A DNA stretch of 64,000 nt, from the IMG/VR virus record IMGVR_UViG_3300048691_000212. One strand, written 5' to 3'. Source of the stretch: an uncultured virus (IMG/VR IMGVR_UViG_3300048691_000212) (taxonomy: Duplodnaviria; Heunggongvirae; Uroviricota; Caudoviricetes). Under the pieces are notes generated by a model. The model worked only from the letters and a program-made list of their open reading frames with translations, was not told the origin of the DNA and ran no database searches. The position numbers and the translations under genes are program-made. Positions 8,563 through 16,654 of the stretch are shown one piece after another. Position 1 is the first letter of the stretch. Each line of letters starts with the position of its first letter.

Positions 8563-8802
8563 TTAAAACCAATTTCTATAACACAGTATTTTATTTTCTT
8601 CTAGTTCTTGTACTAAAAGAGTGGCTTTTTGTTTTCTTTTAAAAACACAGACATAGTGGTCTAAATCTATTTCTGGAAATAATGCGCATTTCCATGAATA
8701 TATATTTAAAATGTCTGTGTTTTTTTTTAATACTTTCTCGTTTAACCAGTACTCTATATTCCGTAGGGTAGTAATTAGACCAATGTAATGAATTAATTCC
8801 AA
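8563..8802 (-). CDS. hypothetical protein
   Basis: 79-aa ORF, start uncertain. Confidence 0.45.
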   Translation of the reverse strand: MELIHYIGLITTLRNIEYWLNEKVLKKNTDILNIYSWKCALFPEIDLDHYVCVFKRKQKATLLVQELEENKILCYRNWF

Positions 8803-8851
8803 GTTCCATTTATTACCTTAACCTTTACTGACTATAGAATACTTTGTCTAT

Positions 8852-9271
8852 TTAAACTTTTGTCTTGAAGTGTTTAAAGTTTTTTAACTGGTACTTATCT
8901 GGAGAAAGATTCAGTTTTTGAATTTGTTCATTTAAGTCATTTTTTTTTGTTGAGACTAAAACATAGTCATCCCCATTTAGTTTCCACGGTTGTTTTACTA
9001 AGGACTCTGGTGGTATAACGTTTTTACTTACTAGAAGAATATAAACTGTTTCTATAATTTCATCTTGAGAGTTAACCCAAAACCACTTACTCCAAGCTTT
9101 ACCAAAACCAAAGTATTCAGGTCCAACAGCCGAAGTAGTGTAGGTACTAAATTTTTCTACGTCACTTGATTTCTCAAGTACGCGTAAAATATCAAACAAC
9201 TCACTAGCGGGTGAAATTAGTTTACCTGTTTTACTATTACAGTATTTGATTTCAATAGTGACCAAAGACAT
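8852..9271 (-). CDS. hypothetical protein
   Basis: 139-aa ORF. Confidence 0.6.
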   Translation of the reverse strand: MSLVTIEIKYCNSKTGKLISPASELFDILRVLEKSSDVEKFSTYTTSAVGPEYFGFGKAWSKWFWVNSQDEIIETVYILLVSKNVIPPESLVKQPWKLNGDDYVLVSTKKNDLNEQIQKLNLSPDKYQLKNFKHFKTKV

Positions 9272-9280
9272 AACATTTCC

Positions 9281-9541
9281 TTATTCGTTAGCGATACGCA
9301 AGAGGGTATCGGCATGACAAGATTTAGGAGCACAATAACAAATCAAGTTTTTACCCTTGAGCTCTTTCTTGATGTCCAGCACTAGCTGATGTTGTTGCAT
9401 GACCCATTCTTCAAACATCTTGCAAACAGCAGCCCGATCGCTTTCGTTTGCCATTTGAAAAGGGTTGCCAAACTTAGTTGGTCGACCCACATAAACACCG
9501 TCATGGGGCGAACATGTACGTTTATTAAGAACAACTGACAC
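9281..9541 (-). CDS. DUF4326-domain protein
   Basis: YVGRPTKFGNPF...LKGKNLICYCAPKSCHADTL signature. Confidence 0.9.
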   Translation of the reverse strand: MSVVLNKRTCSPHDGVYVGRPTKFGNPFQMANESDRAAVCKMFEEWVMQQHQLVLDIKKELKGKNLICYCAPKSCHADTLLRIANE

Positions 9542-9542
9542 G

Positions 9543-9899
9543 TCAAACTTTCATTTTATCTATAACAAAATGTTTAAATACCTTTGTATGTGCATCTTCA
9601 ATGTTGCTGCATAGTTGTGGTTGTGTTAAACTATAGTTAAGCATCAAACGTCCAGAGGTTGAGTAGGATAACCCGATAGGTGTGTTTACTGCAACAACAT
9701 CTGTAGTTTCAATTGCTCTTTGCCAGTCAGCATAAAAAGAAGCAATGTCATTTGGAATTGGCGGAAGACCATTGATAACAGTTTTGCGCAATTCTTCAAC
9801 AACTTCAGTTTTACCAGCTCTTTCGAGAACATTGATAGCCAATTGTAAGGCACCAGAGTCTACAAGAGAGAAGTTTAAACGGTAGTTCTTGCTAACCAT
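9543..9899 (-). CDS. hypothetical protein
   Basis: start moved to ATG 9899 (MVSKNYR), which removes the overlap with 9901-10110. Confidence 0.6.
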   Translation of the reverse strand: MVSKNYRLNFSLVDSGALQLAINVLERAGKTEVVEELRKTVINGLPPIPNDIASFYADWQRAIETTDVVAVNTPIGLSYSTSGRLMLNYSLTQPQLCSNIEDAHTKVFKHFVIDKMKV

Positions 9900-9900
9900 A

Positions 9901-10110
9901 TTAATAAGGCCAGTTAGAAGAGTTAAACAGCCTTTCAACACCTTCATTGAGCTGTACCAAAGTAAGCGTAATCTCTTTGCTTGGGTTGTCACTGAGATAA
10001 CGAGAAGCATTAATTTCTTTACCTTTATCTTTAATAAGGGCAAGGGCTTGGCGCTCAACGTCGGCTTGTGAGTATTTCTTTACAGTTTTTTCAGCAAAGG
10101 TGTAAAACAT
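9901..10110 (-). CDS. small protein, paralogue of 63334-63543
   Basis: YTF.E.TVKKYS.AD...QA.AL..DKG...PSKE.TL shared between the two. Confidence 0.75.
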   Translation of the reverse strand: MFYTFAEKTVKKYSQADVERQALALIKDKGKEINASRYLSDNPSKEITLTLVQLNEGVERLFNSSNWPY

Positions 10111-10133
10111 TTCATTTCTTTCAACTACTGAAA

Positions 10134-10520
10134 TTATACAGTAGAAATATTAGTTTCGTAAAAACCAGTAATACCAGTACTATGTTCGATAGCTACCAAA
10201 ATAGTAAAGTGTTTTTCTTTCATAAGAAAACCAACAGTTACATATTTGACACTAAAAACATCTGCGAATTCATGAGGTAGTGCTAGGTTGTTAAAATTAA
10301 CAACATTGGTTTGTTGCCAGGCCCCCAGTGCTTTAAATGTAGGTAAGTTTTTAGCATTTTCCAAACAAATGTTAAAGCATTTTTCAATTAGTGCTTTAAC
10401 GCGATTGTTAGTAACCTTTTCATCCGGGCCACACAAACCTCCGCTACACGAAAGCATACGAATATCTTTAGTGTGAGCAGCATAGAATTTTTCGGTCAGT
10501 TTAAGAATTTCATGATTCAT
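10134..10520 (-). CDS. hypothetical protein
   Basis: 128-aa ORF. Confidence 0.6.
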   Translation of the reverse strand: MNHEILKLTEKFYAAHTKDIRMLSCSGGLCGPDEKVTNNRVKALIEKCFNICLENAKNLPTFKALGAWQQTNVVNFNNLALPHEFADVFSVKYVTVGFLMKEKHFTILVAIEHSTGITGFYETNISTV

Positions 10521-10523
10521 TTT

Positions 10524-10748
10524 TCAAGTCCAGTTTTTAAATGTTAAAATACCTCTTGCAATCAAGAGGTTGTAAAGTTCCAAAGCATGAGCTAGCTCAG
10601 TAAAATGTACTTGCATACAGTTAATAAACATTACAGATTTAGTTTTTAAAGGTATCCAGTTTAATTTCTTAAGTTCTGAATATTTAAAAGCCTTATCTGT
10701 ATTGCATGCTACTGCAAAGAACTTAGTCTGAGAGTTTAATGAGGTCAT
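10524..10748 (-). CDS. hypothetical protein, start uncertain
   Basis: fills the gap between neighbouring genes. Confidence 0.4.
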   Translation of the reverse strand: MTSLNSQTKFFAVACNTDKAFKYSELKKLNWIPLKTKSVMFINCMQVHFTELAHALELYNLLIARGILTFKNWT

Positions 10749-10965
10749 GGAGACTATAACCATAACTATTAATAAGGCCTTCGATAGAGCCCCACAATGC
10801 AATACCAGTACCTGATACAATTTTAGTTATGTTACTCTTATCATTTACAAAAATAAGTACTTTGCAGTTAAGGTCTTCGCCTCCCTCAATAGCCTCAGAA
10901 ACTAATTTTTTAAGGGTAGGAAGAAACTCTTTATTAGTTTTAATACAATCTTCGATAGTTTTCAT
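10723..10965 (-). CDS. hypothetical protein
   Basis: 80-aa ORF. Confidence 0.6.
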   Translation of the reverse strand: MKTIEDCIKTNKEFLPTLKKLVSEAIEGGEDLNCKVLIFVNDKSNITKIVSGTGIALWGSIEGLINSYGYSLHDLIKLSD

Positions 10966-10971
10966 AATTTA

Positions 10972-11253
10972 TTATTTAGTATAAGCAACAGCTTGTTTAT
11001 CTTGAATGTTAATATCGTCAAAGCTACTAACACCAATAATCTCAATAGTTGATTGTGCGCCAATATCAGAACCCAAAGTGAAACTATAGGCTAAAGTATT
11101 GTCTTTCTTAAAGAAAGAGCTAAACACTTCCAAACAGCAATCTCCTTTTGAGAACTTGCATAACTTGGCTTCTTCAGCAGAAGTCAAGAAGCCAGTAAAA
11201 ACTGTGTTTGTTGGAATGTGCGTAATATTAACGGAAACTACTTTGTATGTCAT
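10972..11253 (-). CDS. hypothetical protein, intact paralogue of the frameshifted gene 12841-13123
   Basis: HIPT...SFFKKDN.LA...IG...I.IIG...DDI....YT shared. Confidence 0.75.
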   Translation of the reverse strand: MTYKVVSVNITHIPTNTVFTGFLTSAEEAKLCKFSKGDCCLEVFSSFFKKDNTLAYSFTLGSDIGAQSTIEIIGVSSFDDINIQDKQAVAYTK

Positions 11254-11273
11254 AATTTTTTACTTTAAATTTT

Positions 11274-11540
11274 TTAAAGTACAGTTAAGTAATATTCGGT
11301 AACTAAGTCTTTCCCAGTCATGGCTTTGATAAACTTTTTCAGTCTTTCCATGCCTTCGTGTGTGTAAATCCAACAACGAAGTTTCTTGTCGTTGGATTTA
11401 CTTTCTTTAAAAACGTGAGCCATCTTTGTTAAAGTCAAAGCAGTAATATCTGTTACGTTTTCAAGGTAAACTTCATTGCCACCTTCTTTATTAAGAAATA
11501 TTTTTTTAATTTCAAAATTATATTCGTCATGTCTTTTCAT
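11274..11540 (-). CDS. hypothetical protein
   Basis: start set to ATG 11540 (MKRHDEY) to avoid the overlap. Confidence 0.55.
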   Translation of the reverse strand: MKRHDEYNFEIKKIFLNKEGGNEVYLENVTDITALTLTKMAHVFKESKSNDKKLRCWIYTHEGMERLKKFIKAMTGKDLVTEYYLTVL

Positions 11541-11550
11541 TTGAGTGAAA

Positions 11551-12390
11551 TTATTCAATTGTTGTGTAGAATACTGGCCGCATAAAGCCAGCAGCATGAT
11601 CGTGACCACCACCACCCATCTTTTTAGCAATGTCGCCTACGTTTATACTGGTTTCACTATTTTTGTCGCTACGCAAGCTATAAATACGCTTACCAGGTGT
11701 ATCAAAGTAAGTAACTGAGAATAACTCATTCTTATTTAAGATGTCTCCTATGTCAGACTTCATAAACTCAGGACAGTTCACACAAGGAACATTGTACCCA
11801 TCCAAAGTAATTCGCGTTATTCCATTATTAAGGATAGTCTTAATATTCTTAGCTTGCATTGCCAGTAGCGTTTTACCAGCAATAACCATTGAATCGTGAT
11901 AAGCGTAAGAATAAGCGTAATTATCCCAGTCGTTGAAATTAAATGGAACAGAATACAGAAATGCGGTTACCTCTCGTGTATTAGGTATCTCAAACTTCCA
12001 CAAGTCTCTGTCTTGAATATGTAGAATCAAAGATGGAGTAGTTACAAGCCTTCCGTGTACAAAATTCCAAGCAAGGTAAGCACCTGATTGTTCAATGTTT
12101 GAATGGTCGTAGAAATTATCATAAAGATCACCAAGACCTTCTAAATCATCGATTGCTGTTTTGTGATGATCAATAAACCATACACCATTAGCCTTTAAAA
12201 GCAGTTCAATAACAACTTCTCGTTTGTAACTGAAGTCAACCAGATATACATCGCGCCCAGTTACATCAGGTGGCGTGTCCCCGTACCTTACTGCCAGATA
12301 TTCGTACTTGTCTTTGTATTTTGTCCAGAAAGACCAAGCTGCCCCAAAACCATCTGTGCACGCGTCATGATAAAGTACAATTGGTTTCAT
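11551..12390 (-). CDS. DHH/DHHA1 phosphoesterase
   Basis: YHDACTDGFGAAW, DFSY, IDHH, DRDLWKF, SLRS and GGGGH..AAG motifs. Confidence 0.92.
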   Translation of the reverse strand: MKPIVLYHDACTDGFGAAWSFWTKYKDKYEYLAVRYGDTPPDVTGRDVYLVDFSYKREVVIELLLKANGVWFIDHHKTAIDDLEGLGDLYDNFYDHSNIEQSGAYLAWNFVHGRLVTTPSLILHIQDRDLWKFEIPNTREVTAFLYSVPFNFNDWDNYAYSYAYHDSMVIAGKTLLAMQAKNIKTILNNGITRITLDGYNVPCVNCPEFMKSDIGDILNKNELFSVTYFDTPGKRIYSLRSDKNSETSINVGDIAKKMGGGGHDHAAGFMRPVFYTTIE

Positions 12391-12737
12391 TTCATTTCTT
12401 TGGTTTTAGAAAACACAACACTATTGGCTTTATGATGAAGAGCTTTTGTCATACCTTCTTCAAAAATACGCTGCCAGTTTTCTTCAAAGAAAGTATTTAG
12501 TTTCTTATTGAATTCAGGGTCAGCGTATTTTTTAATAACCATGTCTTCAATTTCTACTGTTCCTGGACCTTTTACTTTGATGAATTCAAAATTACCTTCA
12601 GTAGTAAATTTATGCTCCGATGAGTCTTTAAAGAATTCATTAACAGCCCTTCGTACACTATTTTTTGATTCTGTCTCAATTTGTTTAACGAGCTCTTTTT
12701 TGATAGCAGAATCATCGATGTTAAAATCTATTTTCAT
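12387..12737 (-). CDS. hypothetical protein
   Basis: 116-aa ORF. Confidence 0.6.
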   Translation of the reverse strand: MKIDFNIDDSAIKKELVKQIETESKNSVRRAVNEFFKDSSEHKFTTEGNFEFIKVKGPGTVEIEDMVIKKYADPEFNKKLNTFFEENWQRIFEEGMTKALHHKANSVVFSKTKEMK

Positions 12738-12765
12738 TTCTTTTTCCTAAATAGTTACTAACGAT

Positions 12766-12811
12766 CACGAAAGAGGAAGTTAGAATTTAAATCTTAACCT
12801 CTTCTTTCGTG
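12766..12811 (-). terminator. imperfect intergenic hairpin
   Basis: cacgaaaga...tctttcgtg. Confidence 0.5.
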
Positions 12812-12840
12812 AGACGTAAATATGAATTTATTTCAATTCA

Positions 12841-13123
12841 TTAATCAGTGTAGCCAATACCCAAAGTATCTTCAATAATAATATCGTCATATTCACACAT
12901 CCCAATAATTGAGATATTCGAATTTACTCCAATGTTTTTACCGAGAAATTCAAGACAAGCAAGGCGATTATCTTTCCTAAAAAAAACTTTTGTAGAATTT
13001 CAAACCGGATTCCCCATTAACAAATTTTTCAATAGTTGCAGAATCTTCTACCAATACATACCCTTTACGACAGGCGGTTGTTGGTATGTGAAGAATTCTT
13101 ACATTCAAAACTGTTTTTGACAT
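12841..13123 (-). pseudogene. frameshifted paralogue of 10972-11253 (pseudogene, recoded gene or homopolymer error)
   Basis: MSKTVLNVRILHIPT...YKSFF stops at TAG 12977-12979 at the end of a T8 run; the +1 frame continues RKDNRLACLEFLGKNIGVNSNISIIGMCEYDDIIIEDTLGIGYTD*. Confidence 0.8.
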
Positions 13124-13147
13124 ATTAAACTTTCATTTAAGTAATTA

Positions 13148-14056
13148 TTAGCGAACGTGACGTGGTAGTTCAGTTTTCAAAAATACCAACGTTCCCTCAG
13201 ACCAAAAGTCAGTAGGTTCAAAACGCTTTTTATACCACTCTAAACTACGCTGAGACAGAATGCGGTAAACACGACAATCACGAGTATCTTCGTAGCTGAT
13301 AACATCGTTATGACTATAGTTAATAAACCGCATAGCAAGCATGGCGTTAGCTGACGCTACGTTAATAGTAGGTGTTACTAAACCACTTCCATTAGCTCCA
13401 AGATACCAAGCCATCGACATGTTGTCAAGAATAATGGATCTTGTTTGTTTAGTTAACAAATCATAGCTTTCGTCAGAAGCGGATGGTTTACTCCATTCAG
13501 TCATTGAGACATAATTCTCTGTTGTAAGAGAAGTTTGAATATGTTGAATTGTGTCGTAGAGATAGTAAGTCTCGTTTTGGTTAAGGCTTTGGAAATCACA
13601 AAACTTATGGATGATTTGGGCTAGTTCGGAATAGGCTTCTGTATACAAACCATTCTCTTTCAATAGCGCCAAGGCAACTAGCGAAACAGACGGTATGTAG
13701 TTGACGGCAGCGTCAGCTCTATCTTCCATTAGTTCTGTAAAACGAGAGTAGAAAATAGCCTTTTCTTTAAACTTGTCCCAGATCTTGGTAGCGTAAACTT
13801 CGCTGTTTGGATAAGCCTGAAACATAAACTTGTCTGTTTTATTATTCTCAATAATTTCAGTCAAGTCAATTGGTTTAACGTCCGCGCCCATTACGAAAAT
13901 TTCATCGTAACCTTCAGGCAAAGTATTTTTCTTAGACCTTGTATAAGGAAACAAAGAAACTATTTTCTTTTCATGAAGAGCCAATTCTTTAAGGATGACA
14001 GCGGCAAAGCAGCTATCCAGATTGAAAGGCGAGTAAATAATGGCTTGTTTGTTCAT
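13148..14056 (-). CDS. hypothetical protein, possibly a degenerate DHH-fold protein
   Basis: N-terminus IIYSPFNLDSCFAA and C-terminal PTIN...ISYED....VYRI parallel the DHH gene; no DHH triad. Confidence 0.45.
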   Translation of the reverse strand: MNKQAIIYSPFNLDSCFAAVILKELALHEKKIVSLFPYTRSKKNTLPEGYDEIFVMGADVKPIDLTEIIENNKTDKFMFQAYPNSEVYATKIWDKFKEKAIFYSRFTELMEDRADAAVNYIPSVSLVALALLKENGLYTEAYSELAQIIHKFCDFQSLNQNETYYLYDTIQHIQTSLTTENYVSMTEWSKPSASDESYDLLTKQTRSIILDNMSMAWYLGANGSGLVTPTINVASANAMLAMRFINYSHNDVISYEDTRDCRVYRILSQRSLEWYKKRFEPTDFWSEGTLVFLKTELPRHVR

Positions 14057-14109
14057 GGTTTTCTTTGAGTGTGGTTGGTTTATTTAAATTTCAAAGGCTA
14101 GGTAGTATT

Positions 14110-14337
14110 TTACCATTTCTTTGGTTTCTTACTTTTACCTTGTCTTTTGAAATCATGGGAGTTAGGATTTACGTACAAATGTTTCCTTACAGAAGGCTGA
14201 GCATTTGAATCGTGACTACTAGTAGTTAGTGTAAGGCCATTCAAAGCAGTAACGACCAGTAAAAGCTTAGTGGAAAGTTTTTTTGTACCGCCCCCGAGAA
14301 CAATAATCCCTTTTCTTCTAAATTCGTTATCATTCAT
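14110..14337 (-). CDS. small basic hypothetical protein
   Basis: ORF with a Lys-rich C-terminus; start set to ATG 14337. Confidence 0.5.
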   Translation of the reverse strand: MNDNEFRRKGIIVLGGGTKKLSTKLLLVVTALNGLTLTTSSHDSNAQPSVRKHLYVNPNSHDFKRQGKSKKPKKW

Positions 14338-14402
14338 TTCTTTCTTTCTTTCTTTCACTTATGGGTGTTTAAAATATAAACTATCAATGCTTTAACCTAA
14401 CT

Positions 14403-14420
14403 TATAATAAGTGCCTAAAA
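14403..14420 (-). promoter_or_regulatory. candidate phage promoter ttttaggCACTTATTATA
   Basis: heads the leftward accessory gene run; the same core recurs at 44904 and 60912. Confidence 0.5.
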
Positions 14421-14431
14421 TTATTTAAAAT

Positions 14432-15100
14432 ATGAATCCTTACCTTACTATTATTATAGCTACTTTTAATTCTGAGAAAACACTAGGTAACGCTCTAGAA
14501 AGCATAGCTAACCAAACATATAAAGATTATGAAGTAATTATAATTGATAATAACTCTACAGACAATACTTTAGGTATTTGTAATTTTTATAAGAAAGTTT
14601 TTAATAATTTTAAGATTATTAGTGAAAGTGATCAAGGTATTTATGACGCCATCAATAAAGGTATCATAAATTCTTCCGGTCGGTGGATTTATAACTTAGG
14701 TAGTGACGATAGTTTGTTTTCATTGACTATTTTGGACGATGTAACTAAGATCCTAAAATTAACGACTAAACGTTTTGTTTACGGATCTATTAAAGTTTTA
14801 GATAGAACAGAGTTTTTCAAAAAGAACGAAATTTACTGTGGGGAGATAACACTTACTAGATTGAAATCCCATGGAATATCACAGCAAGCCACTTTTTATA
14901 AAAAAGATATTTTTAGTGACTTAGGTTTATTCAACACTAGATATAAAATATGGGCTGATTGGGAATTTGCTTTAAAAGCTTTTAAGAATAATGAACAAAT
15001 TTATATTTCTTTTGTAATAGCTAATTTCTCAATAGGTGGGATTAGCACTAGAGAAAAAGATTTAAATTTCATTGAAGATAAGGTTACTGCAAAATATTAA
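14432..15100 (+). CDS. GT2 glycosyltransferase (WfgS/WcaE-like)
   Basis: IIIATFN, IIDNNSTD, SESDQGIYDAINKGI, LGSDD and WADWEF motifs. Confidence 0.92.
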   Translation: MNPYLTIIIATFNSEKTLGNALESIANQTYKDYEVIIIDNNSTDNTLGICNFYKKVFNNFKIISESDQGIYDAINKGIINSSGRWIYNLGSDDSLFSLTILDDVTKILKLTTKRFVYGSIKVLDRTEFFKKNEIYCGEITLTRLKSHGISQQATFYKKDIFSDLGLFNTRYKIWADWEFALKAFKNNEQIYISFVIANFSIGGISTREKDLNFIEDKVTAKY

Positions 15101-15103
15101 ACA

Positions 15104-15145
15104 TATTACTACCAAGATACAAATTAACGTATCTTGGTAGTAATA
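15104..15145. terminator. 17-bp hairpin between convergent genes
   Basis: tattactaccaagatac/gtatcttggtagtaata; T-run on plus, TATG on minus. Confidence 0.8.
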
Positions 15146-15153
15146 GTTTTTTT

Positions 15154-16644
15154 TTAATCTACTTCTGCTCTAAACATTTTCTTACTTGAAGGCATGAGAT
15201 AATAAAGGTATTTTTTATTCGTTGTAGTTCTTTTAGTGTCAGACTCAAGAACAAACAAACGCTTACCATCTATAATGGTGTTTAAAATACTAGGTATTGA
15301 CCCATAACCCACTAGCGCTTTTTTATCGATATCATACCCAACAAATCTAGGATTTTCACCTATTACTGGGTTTATTTGGCAGTAAATAATCTTGTTATCG
15401 ATAGTTTGCCCCATTGCAAAACTAGAAGAATTGGTAAAGATTTCATTACCACCATAGATATCCTCAACCCATTCTTTCGAAGGAAAATCGTAAGAATCTA
15501 AGAGGTTGGTGTTGTCACAACGAAAAGAAAGTATTTTTCTATACTTGGTGCTATTATCGCTATTAACTGTTTTAGGACAAGCTATCCAGTTTAAATTACT
15601 GGCTTTACTATGGTTACCCCATCTGCTGGTTGCGGTGTTTATAAAAGTCCATAAATTACTTGAAATAGAATACGAATATAAGGCATCACCACCATTACCA
15701 GTAAGATAGATTATATCTTCATTACCTATCAAAGAAAACCCTATACCTAGAGTGCTGCTGGAGAAGGCCGGTGATACAGTAATGCTCGTACTTGTATTAG
15801 AAATAACTAATCTTTTTTCGCCATATAAAACATCGTAATTTCCTATAGCAACAAGGCCTATAAAAGCGTTTACTGGATATAAAGCGTAAGGGTTTGTTAT
15901 TTGGGTGGAAGTAGATCCATCACCACCAGTAACAAATAAGTCAGTATAGCCATTAGTAAAAACTTCCATAGATCCACTACTGGACCAAGTAGCTGGTAGA
16001 TTAGTTACGGACAACCCGGTGCTCCAAGTTTGTGTTGCGTAATCAAAGTACTTAAAGCTATTATTATTCAAGGTACCAGCATTAAAAACATAATACCTAC
16101 CAGTATAAAAATCTATAACAGTGCCGGGTTCTATATTGGGTACATTCTGCCCCGATAATATAAGATAAATTATACTATTAAAACCAGTTGTATTACCAAC
16201 TATAGAAACTATTTTACCTTTATCTACGCCAGATTGAATAATTCCATAAAATACATTTTCTATACTGAGCTCGCTGTAAGGGTCTTTAGCTCGTAGGTTA
16301 GTTAAAATATTTAAATTAGTTACAAAAGAGGCACCGTCGTTACCACCTGCATAGGGATCAGGCCAAATACTTCCTCCCGACCCCGCTTGTGCTACAGCGG
16401 TAAATGACTTAGGGTGATACACCCCACAACTACCTGGTCCAAACGTACCTCCTAAATTAGGGTCAGCTATTTTAGTCCATCCGTCAGTAACAGCTGAATA
16501 ATTATAAACACTATTATTTCCAGTAACATATAAACAGTTTTTGTTTATATTGGCGTTAGACTGTATAAAAAAAGAATCAGGTGTTGAATCAATGGGGCAG
16601 GGTGCGCACTTTTCCCATATTCTTAAATTCTTAATGTCACTCAT
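15154..16644 (-). CDS. putative virion/tail protein with Kelch-like beta-propeller, paralogue A
   Basis: YFDYATQTW, DIIYLTGN and YSYS...W repeats; similar to the next gene. Confidence 0.6.
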   Translation of the reverse strand: MSDIKNLRIWEKCAPCPIDSTPDSFFIQSNANINKNCLYVTGNNSVYNYSAVTDGWTKIADPNLGGTFGPGSCGVYHPKSFTAVAQAGSGGSIWPDPYAGGNDGASFVTNLNILTNLRAKDPYSELSIENVFYGIIQSGVDKGKIVSIVGNTTGFNSIIYLILSGQNVPNIEPGTVIDFYTGRYYVFNAGTLNNNSFKYFDYATQTWSTGLSVTNLPATWSSSGSMEVFTNGYTDLFVTGGDGSTSTQITNPYALYPVNAFIGLVAIGNYDVLYGEKRLVISNTSTSITVSPAFSSSTLGIGFSLIGNEDIIYLTGNGGDALYSYSISSNLWTFINTATSRWGNHSKASNLNWIACPKTVNSDNSTKYRKILSFRCDNTNLLDSYDFPSKEWVEDIYGGNEIFTNSSSFAMGQTIDNKIIYCQINPVIGENPRFVGYDIDKKALVGYGSIPSILNTIIDGKRLFVLESDTKRTTTNKKYLYYLMPSSKKMFRAEVD

Positions 16645-16654
16645 TTATATTTCC

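Noticed and set aside
12977..12979. TAG reassignment (alternative genetic code)
   Set aside because: Homology continues in the +1 frame, not in frame, and long ORFs tile the window under the standard code.
12932..13120. 62-aa plus-strand ORF
   Set aside because: The interval is explained by the frameshifted minus-strand paralogue.
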